NCBI GenBank assembly: GCA_964016885.1
Contig: CAXHJY010001546.1
Location: forward strand, 1-42,740
Reading direction: 5' to 3'
DNA length: 42,740 bases
Source: Eledone cirrhosa
Lineage: Eukaryota
Shown: positions 25,828 to 39,610 of the stretch, in pieces
Layout of the letters: each line of letters starts with the position of its first letter
Position numbering within the stretch: the stretch's first letter is position 1
The notes under the pieces: generated by a model
Told to the model about the DNA's origin: nothing
The model's database searches: none
The model's input: only the letters and a program-made list of their open reading frames with translations
Position numbers and translations under genes: made by a program

Positions 25828-28800
25828 CATTTACATTACTCTATATATACTATTGTATTTTCATGGTAAAGGCTTTACCTCACATAACATTTACATTACT
25901 CTATATATACTATTGTATTTTCACAGTAAAGGCTTTACCTCACATAACATTTACATTACTCTATATATACTATTGTATTTTCACAGTAAAGGCTTTACCT
26001 CACATAACATTTACATTACTCTATATATACTATTGTATTTTCACAGTAAAGGCTTTACCTCACATAACATTTACATTACTCTATATATACTATTGTATTT
26101 TCACAGTAAAGGCTTTACCTCACATAACATTTACATTACTCTATATATACTATTGTATTTTCATGGTAAAGTTTTACCTCACATAACATTTACATTACTC
26201 TATATATACTATTGTATTTTCATGGTAAAGTTTTACCTCACATAACATTTACATTACTCTATATATACTATTGTATTTTCACAGTAAAGGCTTTACCTCA
26301 CATAACATTTACATTACTCTATATATACTATTGTATTTTCATGGTAAAGTTTTACCTCACATAACATTTACATTACTCTATATATACTATTGTATTTTCA
26401 TGGTAAAGTTTTACCTCACATAACATTTACATTACTCTATATATACTATTGTATTTTCATGGTAAAGTTTTACCTCACATAACATTTACATTACTCTATA
26501 TATACTATTGTATTTTCACAGTAAAGGCTTTACCTCACATAACATTTACATTACTCTATATATACTATTGTATTTTCATGGTAAAGTTTTACCTCACATA
26601 ACATTTACATTACTCTATATATACTATTGTATTTTCATGGTAAAGTTTTACCTCACATAACATTTACATTACTCTATATATACTATTGTATTTTCATGGT
26701 AAAGTTTTACCTCACATAACATTTACATTACTCTATATATACTATTGTATTTTCATGGTAAAGTTTTACCTCACATAACATTTACATTACTCTATATATA
26801 CTATTGTATTTTCACAGTAAAGGCTTTACCTCACATAACATTTACATTACTCTATATATACTATTGTATTTTCATGGTAAAGTTTTACCTCACATAACAT
26901 TTACATTACTCTATATATACTATTGTATTTTCATGGTAAAGTTTTACCTCGCATAACATTTACATTACTCTATATATACTATTGTATTTTCTCAGTAAAG
27001 GCTTTACATCACATAACATTTACATTACTCTATATATACTATTGTATTTTCATGGTAAAGTTTTACCTCACATAACATTTACATTACTCTATATATACTA
27101 TTGTATTTTCATGGTAAAGTTTTACCTCACATAACATTTACATTACTCTATATATACTATTGTATTTTCACAGTAAAGGCTTTACCTCACATAACATTTA
27201 CATTACTCTATATATACTATTGTATTTTCATGGTAAAGTTTTACCTCACATAACATTTACATTACTCTATATATACTATTGTATTTTCACAGTAAAGGCT
27301 TTACCTCACATAATATTTACATTACTCTATATATACTATTGTATTTTCACAGTAAAGGCTTTACCTCACATAACATTTACATTACTCTATATATACTATT
27401 GTATTTTCACAGTAAAGGCTTTACCTCACATAACATTTACATTACTCTATATATACTATTGTATTTTCATGGTAAAGTTTTACCTCACATAACATTTACA
27501 TTACTCTATATATACTATTGTATTTTCATGGTAAAGTTTTACCTCACATAACATTTACATTACTCTATATATACTATTGTATTTTCATGGTAAAGTTTTA
27601 CCTCACATAACATTTACATTACTCTATATATACTATTGTATTTTCATGGTAAAGTTTTACCTCACATAACATTTACATTACTCTATACATACTATTGTAT
27701 TTTCACAGTAAAGGCTTTACCTCACATAACATTTACATTACTCTATATATACTATTGTATTTTCACAGTAAAGGCTTTACCTCACATAACATTTACATTA
27801 CTCTATATATACTATTGTATTTTCACAGTAAAGGCTTTACCTCACATAATATTTACATTACTCTATATATACTATTGTATTTTCACAGTAAAGGCTTTAC
27901 CTCACATAACATTTACATTACTCTATATATACTATTGTATTTTCACAGTAAAGGCTTTACCTCACATAACATTTACATTACTCTATATATACTATTGTAT
28001 TTTCATGGTAAAGTTTTACCTCACATAACATTTACATTACTCTATATATACTATTGTATTTTCATGGTAAAGTTTTACCTCACATAACATTTACATTACT
28101 CTATATATACTATTGTATTTTCACAGTAAAGGCTTTACCTCACATAACATTTACATTACTCTATATATACTATTGTATTTTCACAGTAAAGGCTTTACCT
28201 CACATAACATTTACATTACTCTATATATACTATTGTATTTTCATGGTAAAGTTTTACCTCACATAACATTTACATTACTCTATATATACTATTGTATTTT
28301 CACAGTAAAGGCTTTGCCTCACATAACATTTACATTATTCTATATATACTATTGTATTTTCACAGTAAAGGCTTTACCTCACATAATATTTACATTACTC
28401 TATATATACTATTGTATTTTCACAGTAAAGGCTTTACCTCACATAACATTTACATTACTCTATATATACTATTGTATTTTCACAGTAAAGGCTTTACCTC
28501 ACATAACATTTACATTACTCTATATATACTATTGTATTTTCACAGTAAAGGCTTTTCCTCACATAACATTTACATTACTCTATATATACTATTGTATTTT
28601 CACAGTAAAGGCTTTACCTCACATAACATTTACATTACTCTATATATACTATTGTATTTTCACAGTAAAGGCTTTACCTCACATAACATTTACATTACTC
28701 TATATATACTATTGTATTTTCACAGTAAAGGCTTTACCTCACATAATACCTCACATAACATTTACATTATTCTATATATACTATTGTATTTTCACAGTAA

Positions 28801-29720
28801 AGGCTTTACCTCACATAACATTTACATTATTCTATATATACTATTGTATTTTCACAGTAAAGGCTTTACCTCACATAACATTTACATTACTCTATATATA
28901 CTATTGTATTTTCACAGTAAAGGCTTTACCTCACATAACATTTACATTACTCTATATATACTATTGTATTTTCACAGTAAAGGCTTTACCTCACATAACA
29001 TTTACATTATTCTATATATACTATTGTATTTTCACAGTAAAGGCTTTACCTCACATAACATTTACATTATTCTATATATACTATTGTATTTTCACAGTAA
29101 AGGCTTTACCTCACATAACATTTACATTACTCTATATATACTATTGTATTTTCACAGTAAAGGCTTTACCTCACATAACATTTACATTATTCTATATATA
29201 CTTATTGTATTTTCACAGTAAAGGCTTTACCTCACATAACATTTACATTATTCTATATATACTATTGTATTTTCACAGTAAAGGCTTTACCTCACATAAC
29301 ATTTACATTATTCTATATATACTATTGTATTTTCACAGTAAAGGCTTTACCTCACATAACATTTACATTACTCTATATATACTATTGTATTTTCACAGTA
29401 AAGGCTTTACCTCACATAACATTTACATTATTCTATATATACTATTGTATTTTCACAGTAAAGGCTTTACCTCACATAACATTTACATTACTCTATATAT
29501 ACTATTGTATTTTCACAGTAAAGGCTTTACCTCACATAACATTTACATTATTCTATATATACTATTGTATTTTCACAGTAAAGGCTTTACCTCACATAAC
29601 ATTTACATTATTCTATATATACTATTGTATTTTCACAGTAAAGGCTTTACCTCACATAACATTTACATTATTCTATATATACTATTGTATTTTCACAGTA
29701 AAGGCTTTACCTCACATAAT
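25828..29720. repeat. 59/60-bp satellite, about 65 copies
   Basis: CATTTACATTACTCTATATATACTATTGTATTTTCA[CAGTAAAGGC|TGGTAAAGT]TTTACCTCACATAA. Confidence 0.98.
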
Positions 29721-30377
29721 ATTGAATCTACGAGATTTTGATGATATTTATTTTGTAAACAATACCTTAACGTTGGTATAAGTGGCCGGTTTGAATAAAA
29801 AAAAAAAGGTGATAGAATTCTGGCTGGATACGGCCAGTTTAAATGCTAACATTACTTAGTGAAAAGGGAATGAATGCCTTCACTTCGAATATTTTATTGG
29901 GGGATTTAATAATTGTATGACAGCAAACTACATTTCCTAAAAGATGTACAATCCAGCAGGTGTACTGTCCCATCAACCTACAGTAACATATGATGATGAT
30001 GGTGACTATTGTGAATGACATCAAATGTAATTCCACAAATGCGAAGCCACAAGCGTATCTAATTTAAGATATTCAAAGGAAGACTCCAAACTACTGAAAC
30101 AATAGTAGGCAAGCTGCAAACTAGTAAATAGAAAAGATCAGCAGGTATTGTTGGACTTTTCAAGTGAGTCACGGTACTATCCTCCATTCATATAACTCAC
30201 TGAATTGAAACAATGAAACCAAGATATTCTGTATCACACACAATATATTTCTTGCTATTTAATATAAGGTCATAACCAGACAATATCATTAACCCTTTCA
30301 TTACCATACTTCTAAGGAAAGACAACTACCTATTATTTTCAAAAATTTGGAGGATTCAGCAATATATTCTCATTATT

Positions 30378-30550
30378 ATGGCAGTATCGGTAGAGGGTCG
30401 GATGCCATGCTTTGAAGCATAGAGTTTAAGATCTGAGTTCAAATCCAGCCGAGGTTAACTTTGCCTTTCATCCTTACGGGGTCGATAAAATAAAGTACCA
30501 GTAATGTACTGGGTAATTGCTGGCCTTGTGCCAAAAGTAGAAACAATTAT
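30378..30550 (+). mobile_element. tRNA-derived SINE, internally deleted
   Basis: A-box-like TGGCAGTATCGGTAGA, B-box GAGTTCAAATCC, and body GCCTTTCATCCTTACGGGGTCGATAAAATAAAGTACCAG. Confidence 0.85.
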
Positions 30551-30559
30551 TAAACTGAT

Positions 30560-30862
30560 GATGGCAGTGGATTGGCAGTATCGGTAGAACGATGGACAAA
30601 ATACTTTGTGGCACAAAGTTTCAATGTTGCAGTTAACATACCTCTATTGATAAAAAAATTGTTCAACATATTAATAAAATACTTCATTGTATTACTGTTC
30701 CGATTCTCTACTCACAGCTCAAATCATGCTAAGGTCAACCTTGCCTTTCATCCTTCTTAAACCAATTAAATAAAGTACCAGTAATGCACTGGGGTTGATT
30801 TAATTGACTTTCGCCCCTTCCTTTTTAAATTGCTGGCCTTGAACCAAAAATAGAAACAATTA
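30560..30862 (+). mobile_element. tRNA-derived SINE, near full length
   Basis: Same head, body and 3' end (AATTGCTGGCCTTG...TAGAAACAATTA) as the adjacent copy. Confidence 0.8.
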
Positions 30863-30956
30863 AGCTAATGTTTGAAACATAACTTAAAGGTTCTTTGTAG
30901 ATAAATATAAATACTTTAACACAAACAGTTTTGTATGAGAGAACCATGAGTGATTT

Positions 30957-31410
30957 CAGGTGGTTTGGTATCATAGAACCTGGGGTGTTTGGTATCATAG
31001 AACCTGGGGAGGTTTGGTATCATAGAACCAGGGGAGGTTTGGTATCATAGAACAAGGGGTGGTTTGGTATCATCGAACCTGGGGTGTTTGGTATCATAGA
31101 ACCTGGGGTGTTTGGTATCATAGAACCTGGGGTGGTTTAGTAGCATAGAACCTGGGGTGGTTTGGTATCATAGAACCAGGGGTGGTTTGGTATCATAGAA
31201 CCTGGCGTGGTTTGGTATCATAGAACCTGGGGTGGTTTGGTATCATAGAACCAGGGGTGGTTTGGTTGCATAGAACCTAGGGTGGTTTGGTATCAAAGAA
31301 CCTGGGGTGGTTTGGTATCAAAGAACCTGGGGTGGTTTGGTATCAGAGAACCAGGGGAGGTTTGGTATCATAGAATCAAGAGTGGTGTCAGGTGGTTGGG
31401 TATCAAAAGT
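30957..31410. repeat. 25-bp minisatellite, about 18 copies (GGTTTGGTATCATAGAACCTGGGGT)
   Basis: Directly visible. Confidence 0.96.
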
Positions 31411-31637
31411 GTACAACAATGTTGTAGCGTTATGACCTAATCTTTATTCACCTGCTATAAACTGGAATATTATCTGAAATAGTATTTATCTTAGTTTAAG
31501 ATTAAAAAAAAAACCCTAATCTAATGATTTCCTGAAATTCTTCAAATACAGAAGGGATTCCAATCCCTGCTGCAGATTTAATCTACTGGGAAAAGGTAAT
31601 GTTTTGATGAAATGATGAATCTATTTAGTGGTGATAG

Positions 31638-31807
31638 CCTCAACAATAGTTATTAGATATTATAATATTACCAGTTTTATAACATGGTTGATAGTTGACT
31701 ACACCTCAACAATAGTTATTAGATATCATAGTATTACCAGTTGACTACACCTCAACAATAGGTGTTAGATATCATAGTACCAGTTTTATAACATGGTTGA
31801 TAGTTGA
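31638..31807. repeat. Imperfect tandem triplication (unit about 50-65 bp)
   Basis: CCTCAACAATAG(T/G)T(A/G)TTAGATAT occurs three times. Confidence 0.85.
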
Positions 31808-32310
31808 TTTTTAATTTATTAATGTCTTTGACTACTCCAGGGAATTGTTTTGAATTGTTGACGAAGTTTATTTCAACAAAGTCAAATGAAGAGCTGTCCT
31901 ATGACCTAATAAACAATTGATTTAGTACGAAACATCTAAGGAATATATTGAATAACTGAGCTGATTTCACACATGCTCTCAATGACCCCAAAATAATACT
32001 AAAGGTAAAGTAAATATCTTGACTTTGCAAGGTTGGAGAATTGTTTCAAGTTTTAATCCCCTGATTTTATTCAAAAGCCTTGTATCAAAAAATGTTGTTT
32101 CAGAATCAATACTGAATTGTGTGAAAATTCCATCAACATTTGTTTTAGTTGATCATCACCATTATATATTCATTGCAACTTATTGTAATTGTTCTTCACA
32201 TTAATGGCTGCAACTCTTACGACACTGTCGGTTCTTTCAGATCTGTAGACATAAAATAGCTGAGATTTTTCTGTTTTTACCTGAGTAACAGAGTTTCCCC
32301 TTTGTCATAT

Positions 32311-32748
32311 ATCATCATCATCATCATCATCATCGTTTAATGTCTATCTTCCACGCTAGCATGGGTTAGACGGGAGTTGTCCCACTTGAGGCAAGGTTGG
32401 TCGGGTGACCATGACTCGCTCATATAGGACTATCTGGCAGGTTTTCTACAGCTGGATGCCCTCCCTAACACCAACCACATTTACAGTGTGGAACTGGGAT
32501 CTTTTTACTGTGTTACCTACACAACCACATTACAGCGTGGACTGTGTGTTTTTTTGTTGTGACACCTACATGATCTCGATCTCATTATCTCATTTGGACT
32601 GGATGTTGTGGTACTAACTTTACAGAGAGAGGGTGGTGTTGGTGGGAGTGGGAGGATGGGGGTAGTGGATTTGGGTGTATATTTGGTTAAGAGGTGCCTA
32701 CTGACTAGGTTTCGCTTTGTACATAGGCAAGGCGGGTCTTCTGTATTA
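32311..32748 (-). mobile_element. Full-length copy of the (GAT)n-tailed retroelement
   Basis: Inverted homologue of 14636-15056. Confidence 0.8.
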
Positions 32749-32944
32749 TATATATACATATATATATATATACACAGGATCAGAAAAGGTTGGGATTTTG
32801 AAATCACATGCATAACAGAACCTTTTTCTAATCATTAGTTCAAGTTTGTTAAATTAAATTGATATTATCTTTGTCATAACTAATAGTTTCTTCCAGGCAT
32901 CTTACTTGCTTTTGAACTACATTGTCAACATTACCATTAGATTC

Positions 32945-33125
32945 CAGAGTGGGGGACCCTGTCAAAGGCTTTCTCCAGATTTACAAATGCCAAGTGCAGA
33001 GGACTTTGGAAGTACTTGTACCTGGCATACAACCAAACTGCATCTAATCTATCTTAATTCTATCCCTAATTTGTAGTATTATTAATCGTTCCAGTAACTT
33101 TCCTGGCCTGGTCCATCATCGTATA
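32945..33125 (-). pseudogene. Decayed RTE-type reverse transcriptase fragment
   Basis: The minus strand translates, across frameshifts, to KLLERLIILQIRDRIKID*MQFGCMPGTST / PLHLAFVNLEKAFDRVP (QFGF and D-LEKAFD motifs). Confidence 0.8.
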
Positions 33126-34204
33126 ATATTGTATATATTAAATCACTGCAAACAATTCTTTAGTAGCAATCTAGCAATAAATGATAATATCTTAGTAATT
33201 GAGAAGAAGCATCCTTAGAAAAGCGGACCATGTTTGAGTGATCTCTGAAATTACATAGTAATGTGTTGGTAGTTCTTCATGTGTGAAATCATAAAAAGAA
33301 CTAACTCTTTACAAAATATTTATATACCAAGTTAATCAAACTACTTTTTGTACTAAGAATAAACATCAAAGAGTTTTAAATGACTGAAGTTTCCCCCAAC
33401 ATAAATCTATTTAATGAAATAAGGGTATTATCTGGCTTTTAAACTTTTTTTTTCTTGGCAGGTTTTATATAAATGAATTCTTATTTTACATAACTTAAGA
33501 CTACTTGAAGACAAAACGAGGACAAATAGTTAAGTAAAAACCAATATCTAATGCACTATGTGCACTAAACATAAGTTATGAGTCAAGATATAAAGTACTG
33601 TCTGCTGTCTACTTTTTAAAAAACAAAAAAATGTAAATCTAACTTAGTCGGTGCAGCAACATTATAAGCAATAAGAGAATAAGCTGCCATAGAAAACAAA
33701 AACAGTAAAAAAACAAATGTGTCTAGTTAAGTATGGTACATAATAGATTTTTCAGTTGGTTGTTTCATTGATCTGATAGATTGATTTGATGAGGTCTCCT
33801 GCTTTTCATGTTCAACACAAGTGAGGAGATATTTCCAATGACTAATACATCAAATCAGTACATCTCTTGCTTAGAACCAAATGGGGAAAAATCAAATCCT
33901 TGCCTCTTTCAAAATTGCTAAACTATAACTTCATATATTGCTATCAAATATTGCTTAACTATACTTAATATCCTCTTGAATTTTATTAGTTATAACAATG
34001 ACTCACAATGAAAACTATAAAAGAAAAAAAATCAATCACTCTGGGAAAATGTAAGTTCAATCAATATGATAGAAAATTATTTTCATCAAAGAGAAATTTC
34101 ATATAAAAGGTTATTTTTTGCTTAAAAAAAGTTCATCTACGTAATGGAAGCCTAAAAAAATGTTATGGCTATGTTCAGAAGTGGACTGGCCATGCTAGCT
34201 TTTG

Positions 34205-34292
34205 GACAATGTCCAGTAGAGCACTAGGTAATGTCTAGTGGACCATGAGGTAATATCTAGTAGACCACTGGGTAATGTCTAGTGGACCATGG
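34205..34292. repeat. ~22-bp tandem repeat, about 4 copies (GGTAATGTCTAGTGGACCATG)
   Basis: Directly visible. Confidence 0.85.
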
Positions 34293-34612
34293 AGCAATTA
34301 AAGTCATAGCTGTACAGAGATTGAGACCCAAAATGAAACACACTTTAGCTGAGTGCTTTACTCTGCTCAATCATTTCACAGCCCTAGCATCACTCCTTCA
34401 TAGTCAGCCTATGAACTTTTCAGCTGACCCACGGAAATTGATGCTCTAATATATATCTGTCTGTCTAATATTTATATCAGCACCTTCCACCAGTAATAAA
34501 TAAGGCAGGGTGAATGAAACTTGCAGGTCACAGAATGGCTGATGTTGAATAGAGAGCTTTGCAGGGCACACCTAAAGACAAATGGGTTGCCAAGTTGTCA
34601 GCATATATAGAT

Positions 34613-34805
34613 AATAATTGTTTCTACTTTAGGCACAAGGCCAGCAATTACCCAGTGTATTACTGGTACTTTATTTTATCGACTCCGTAAGGATGAAAGG
34701 CAAAGTTAACCTCGGCTGGATTTGAACTCAGAATGGCAAGGGCCGTAACTCAATGCGTCAAAGTATGGCGTCCGTCCCTCTACCGATACTGCCAATCCAC
34801 TGCCC
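34613..34805 (-). mobile_element. tRNA-derived SINE whose head is the first unit of the 45-bp array
   Basis: Near-identical inverted copy of 30432-30550. The B-box at about 34717-34729 runs directly into the array. Confidence 0.88.
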
Positions 34806-37766
34806 CAGCATGCCGTCCGACCCTCTACCGATACTGCCAATCCACCACCCTAGCATGGCGTCCGACCCTCTACCGATACTGCCAATCCACCGCCCCAGCA
34901 TGGCGTCCGACCCTCTACCGATACTGCCAATCCACCGCCCCAGCATGGCGTCCGACCCTCTACCGATACTGCCAATCCACTGCCACAGCATGGCGTCCGA
35001 CCCGCTACCGATACTGCCAATCCACCACCCTAGCATGGCGTCCGACCCTCTACCGATACCGCCAATCCACTGCCCCAGCATGGCGTCCGACCCGCTACCG
35101 ATACTGCCAATCCACCACCCTAGCATGGCGTCCGACCCTCTACCGATACCGCCAATCCACTGCCCCAGCATGCCGTCCGACCCTCTACCGATACTGCCCC
35201 AGCATGGCGTCCGACCCTCTACCGATACTGCCAATCCACCACCCTAGCATGGCGTCCGACCCTCTACCGATACTGCCAATCCACTGCCCTAGCATGGCGT
35301 CCGACTCTCTACCGATACTGCCATCCACTGCCCCAGCATGGCGTCCGACCCTCTACCGATACTGCCAATCCACCACCCTAGCATGGCGTCCGACTCTCTA
35401 CCGATACTGCCAATCCACTGCCCCAGCATGGCGTCCGACCCTCTACCGATACTGCCAATCCACTGCCCCAGCATGGCGTCCGACCCTCTACCGATACTGC
35501 CAATCCACCACCCTAGCATGGCGTCCGACCCTCTACCGATACTGCCAATCCACCACCCTAGCATGGCATCCGACCCTCTACCGATACTGCCAATCCACTG
35601 CCCTAACATGGCGTCCGACCCTCTACCGATACTGCCAATCCACCACCCTAGCATGGCGTCCGACTCTCTACCGATACTGCCAATCCACCACCCTAGTATG
35701 GCGTCCGAGCCTCTACCGATACTGCCATCCACTGCCCCAGCATGGCGTCCGACCCTCTACCGATACTGCCAATCCACTGCCCCAGCATGGCGTCCGACCC
35801 TCTACCGATACTGCCAATCCACTGCCCCAGCATGGCGTCCGACCCTCTACCGATACTGCCAATCCACTGCCCCAGCATGGCGTCCGACCCTCTACCGATA
35901 CTGCCAATCCACCACCCTAGCATGGCGTCCGACCCTCTACCGATACTGCCAATCCACCACCCTAGCATGGCGTCCGACCCTCTACCGATACTGCCAATCC
36001 ACTGCCCCAGCATGGCGTCCGACCCTCTACCGATACTGCCAATCCACCACCCTAGCATGGCGTCCGACCCTCTACCGATACTGCCAATCCACTGCCCCAG
36101 CATGGCGTCCGACCCTCTACCAATACTGCCAATCCACTGCCCCAGCATGGCGTCCGACCCTCTACCGATACTGCCAATCCACCACCCTAGTATGGCGTCC
36201 AACTCTCTACCGATACTGCCAATCCACTGCCCCAGCATGGCGTCCGACCCTCTACCGATACTGCCCCAGCATGGCGTCCGACCCTCTACAGATACTGCCA
36301 TCCACTGCCCCAGCATGGCGTCCGACCCTCTACCGATACTGCCATCCACTGCCCCAGCATGGCGTCCGACCCTCTACCGATACTGCCAATTCACCACCCT
36401 AGCATGGCATCCGACCCTCTACCGATACTGCCAATCCACTGCCCTAACATGGCGTCCGACCCTCTACCGATACTGCCAATCCACCACCCTAGCATGGCGT
36501 CCGACCCTCTACCGATACTGCCAATCCACTGCCCTAACATGGCGTCCGACCCTCTACCGATACTGCCAATCCACCACCCTAGCATGGCGTCCGACCCTCT
36601 ACCGATACTGCCAATCCACTGCCCCAGCATGGCGTCCGACCCTCTACCGATACTGCCAATTCACCACCCTAGCATGGCATCCGACCCTCTACCGATACTG
36701 CCAATCCACTGCCCTAACATGGCGTCCGACCCTCTACCGATACTGCCAATTCACCACCCTAGCATGGCATCCGACCCTCTACCGATACTGCCAATCCACT
36801 GCCCTAACATGGCGTCCGACCCTCTACCGATACTGCCAATCCACCACCCTAGTATGGCGTCCGAACCTCTACCGATACTGCCATCCACTGCCCCAGCATG
36901 GCGTCCGACCCTCTACCGATACTGCCAATCCACTGCCCCAGCATGGCGTCCGACCCTCTACCGATACTGCCAATCCACTGCCCCAGCATGGCGTCCGACC
37001 CTCTACCGATACTGCCAATCCACTGCCCCAGCATGGCGTCCGACCCTCTACCGATACTGCCAATCCACCACCCTAGCATGGCGTCCGACCCTCTACCGAT
37101 ACTGCCAATCCACCATCCTAGCATGGCGTCCGACCCTCTACCGATACTGCCAATCCACCACCCTAGCATGGCGTCCGACCCTCTACCGATACTGCCAATC
37201 CACTGCCCCAGCATGGCGTCCGACCCTCTACCGATACTGCCAATCCACCACCCTAGCATGGCGTCCGACCCTCTACCGATACTGCCAATCCACTGCCCCA
37301 GCATGGCGTCCGACCCTCTACCAATACTGCCAATCCACTGCCCCAGCATGGCGTCCGACCCTCTACCGATACTGCCAATCCACCACCCTAGTATGGCGTC
37401 CAACTCTCTACCGATACTGCCAATCCACTGCCCCAGCATGGCGTCCGACCCTCTACCGATACTGCCCCAGCATGGCGTCCGACCCTCTACAGATACTGCC
37501 AATCCACTGCCCTAGCATGGCGTCCGACCCTCTACCGATACTGCCATCCACTGCCCCAGCATGGCGTCCGACCCTCTACCGATACTGCCAATTCACCACC
37601 CTAGCATGGCATCCGACCCTCTACCGATACTGCCCCAGCATGGCGTCCGACCCTCTACCGATACTGCCAATCCACTGCCCCAGCATGGCGTCCGACCCTC
37701 TACCGATACTGCCAATCCACTGCCCCAGCATGGCGTCCGACCCTCTACCGATACTGCCAATCCACA
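34762..37766 (-). repeat. 45-bp GC-rich minisatellite, about 67 copies, derived from a SINE 5' head
   Basis: The unit GCATGGCGTCCGACCCTCTACCGATACTGCCAATCCACTGCCCCA has a reverse complement matching 30379-30410 and 30563-30588. Confidence 0.97.
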
Positions 37767-37978
37767 TGTTTTCTGATTTAGGTCCAAAGCCAACAATTTG
37801 GGGGAAGAGGAAAGTCAAATCAACCCCAGAACATTACCAGTATTTTATTTTATCAATCCTCATAAAGATGAAAGGCAAAGCTAACCTCGACAGATTTGAA
37901 CTCAGAACGTAAAGGGACGTAACTATATAACGCAAAGCGTGTTATCTGACACTCTACCGATTCTGTCAATCCACCGAA
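37767..37978 (-). mobile_element. Full-length tRNA-derived SINE
   Basis: Head CGGTGGATTGACAGAATCGGTAGAGTGTCAGA, B-box GAGTTCAAATC, same body and 3' end as 30560-30862. Confidence 0.85.
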
Positions 37979-38439
37979 TGACACTGATGAAAATAATATG
38001 TATATAAAAATATATACTAATTTTTTTATTACCCACTTTTTTTGAGCTGAAGAAGTCATTCAAGCATTTCACCCCACCACCTTCATCCTCAACATATTAC
38101 TGGTACTTATTCTATTAACTTCAAAGAGATGAATGGTAATAGTAAAATAATTCACCAACACAATAAAAATTAGTGGGTGATGTGGTGTTCATGCTTTCCC
38201 TTAGGCTTCCAACAGAGGTTTAGTAAGATGTCAGTAATATCATAATCCTAATTAGAAAGGTAATTGTCAGCTACCAGAGAGGGGTTTAAGTAGTGGTGTG
38301 GTAGCAGAGTGACAGAGTGTGATGTTAAATAAAGCCTTACACTAAATCTTTAAAATCATAAAATTAAATGATTCACATTGAGTGACATGGAGTTTAATTC
38401 ACTGAAAACTAGCAGCACTGGTAGCTTCCCCTTTACCCA

Positions 38440-38712
38440 CCATACATACACACACTATATATATACATATACACACATTATATATATATATACATATACA
38501 CACACTATATGTATATATATATACATACACACACTATATATATACATACATACACACACACTATATATATACATACATACACACACACTATATATATATA
38601 CACACACACACACTATATATATATATACACACACACTATATATATATATATATATATACATACACACTATATATATATATATACACACACACACTATATA
38701 TATTTACACACA

Positions 38713-38750
<38 letters not shown>

Positions 38751-39200
38751 TATATATATATATACACACACACACACACTATATATATATATACATACAC
38801 ACACACACTATATATATATACATAAACACTATATATATATACACACACTATATATATATATACATACATAGAGTATATATATATTCACACACACTATATA
38901 TATATACATACACACACACACTATATATATATATATACATGTATATATATATATACATACACACTATATATATACATACACACACACACTATATATATAC
39001 ATGTATATATATATTCACACACACTATATATATACATACACACACACACACACTATATATATACATGTATATATATATATTCACACACACTATATATATA
39101 TACATACACGCACACACTATATATATATACATGCATAGATATACACACACTTTTCAATATGAGTGCATGTGTACATATGTGTATATACAAATATATACAC
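38440..39200. repeat. (TA)n(CA)n-CT microsatellite
   Basis: Directly visible. Confidence 0.95.
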
Positions 39201-39610
39201 TAATTTACACACACACTCATACTCCAAGGGGTTGTACTCCATCATTGTCGTTAAAAGATCACTTGAAAGGAGGGGGGGTGGGGGGGGGGGGGGGGGGGTA
39301 TTATACTTTTTTAATGTCATATTTGTTTTCAGTGTGGATGAGTCAGTAATGAATACATAATTCACACACGCTTCACATATAAATGACTGAATCAAACGAC
39401 TCTACTGTCGAAGTTTGTTCGGTTTTTCTTGTTGTTTTTGTAGTTTTTTTTTCACAAGAAGTCTGCTTAGTGTAGCCATTAACATATCACAAAAACATTT
39501 TAGTTTTGTGATTTTCAGCTGATTGAGTTGTTACGCTGGCCACACTGGACAAAGGTGTTGTGATCCTTGCAATAGCACTTAACTCTCACTGATCCCCTAC
39601 ACAGGCATAT

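Noticed and set aside
25828-37766. CRISPR-like arrays
   Set aside because: Units are head-to-tail with no unique spacers, there are no cas genes, and the context is eukaryotic.
39269-39298. G-run with quadruplex potential
   Set aside because: A simple homopolymer, prone to sequencing error and without supporting context.
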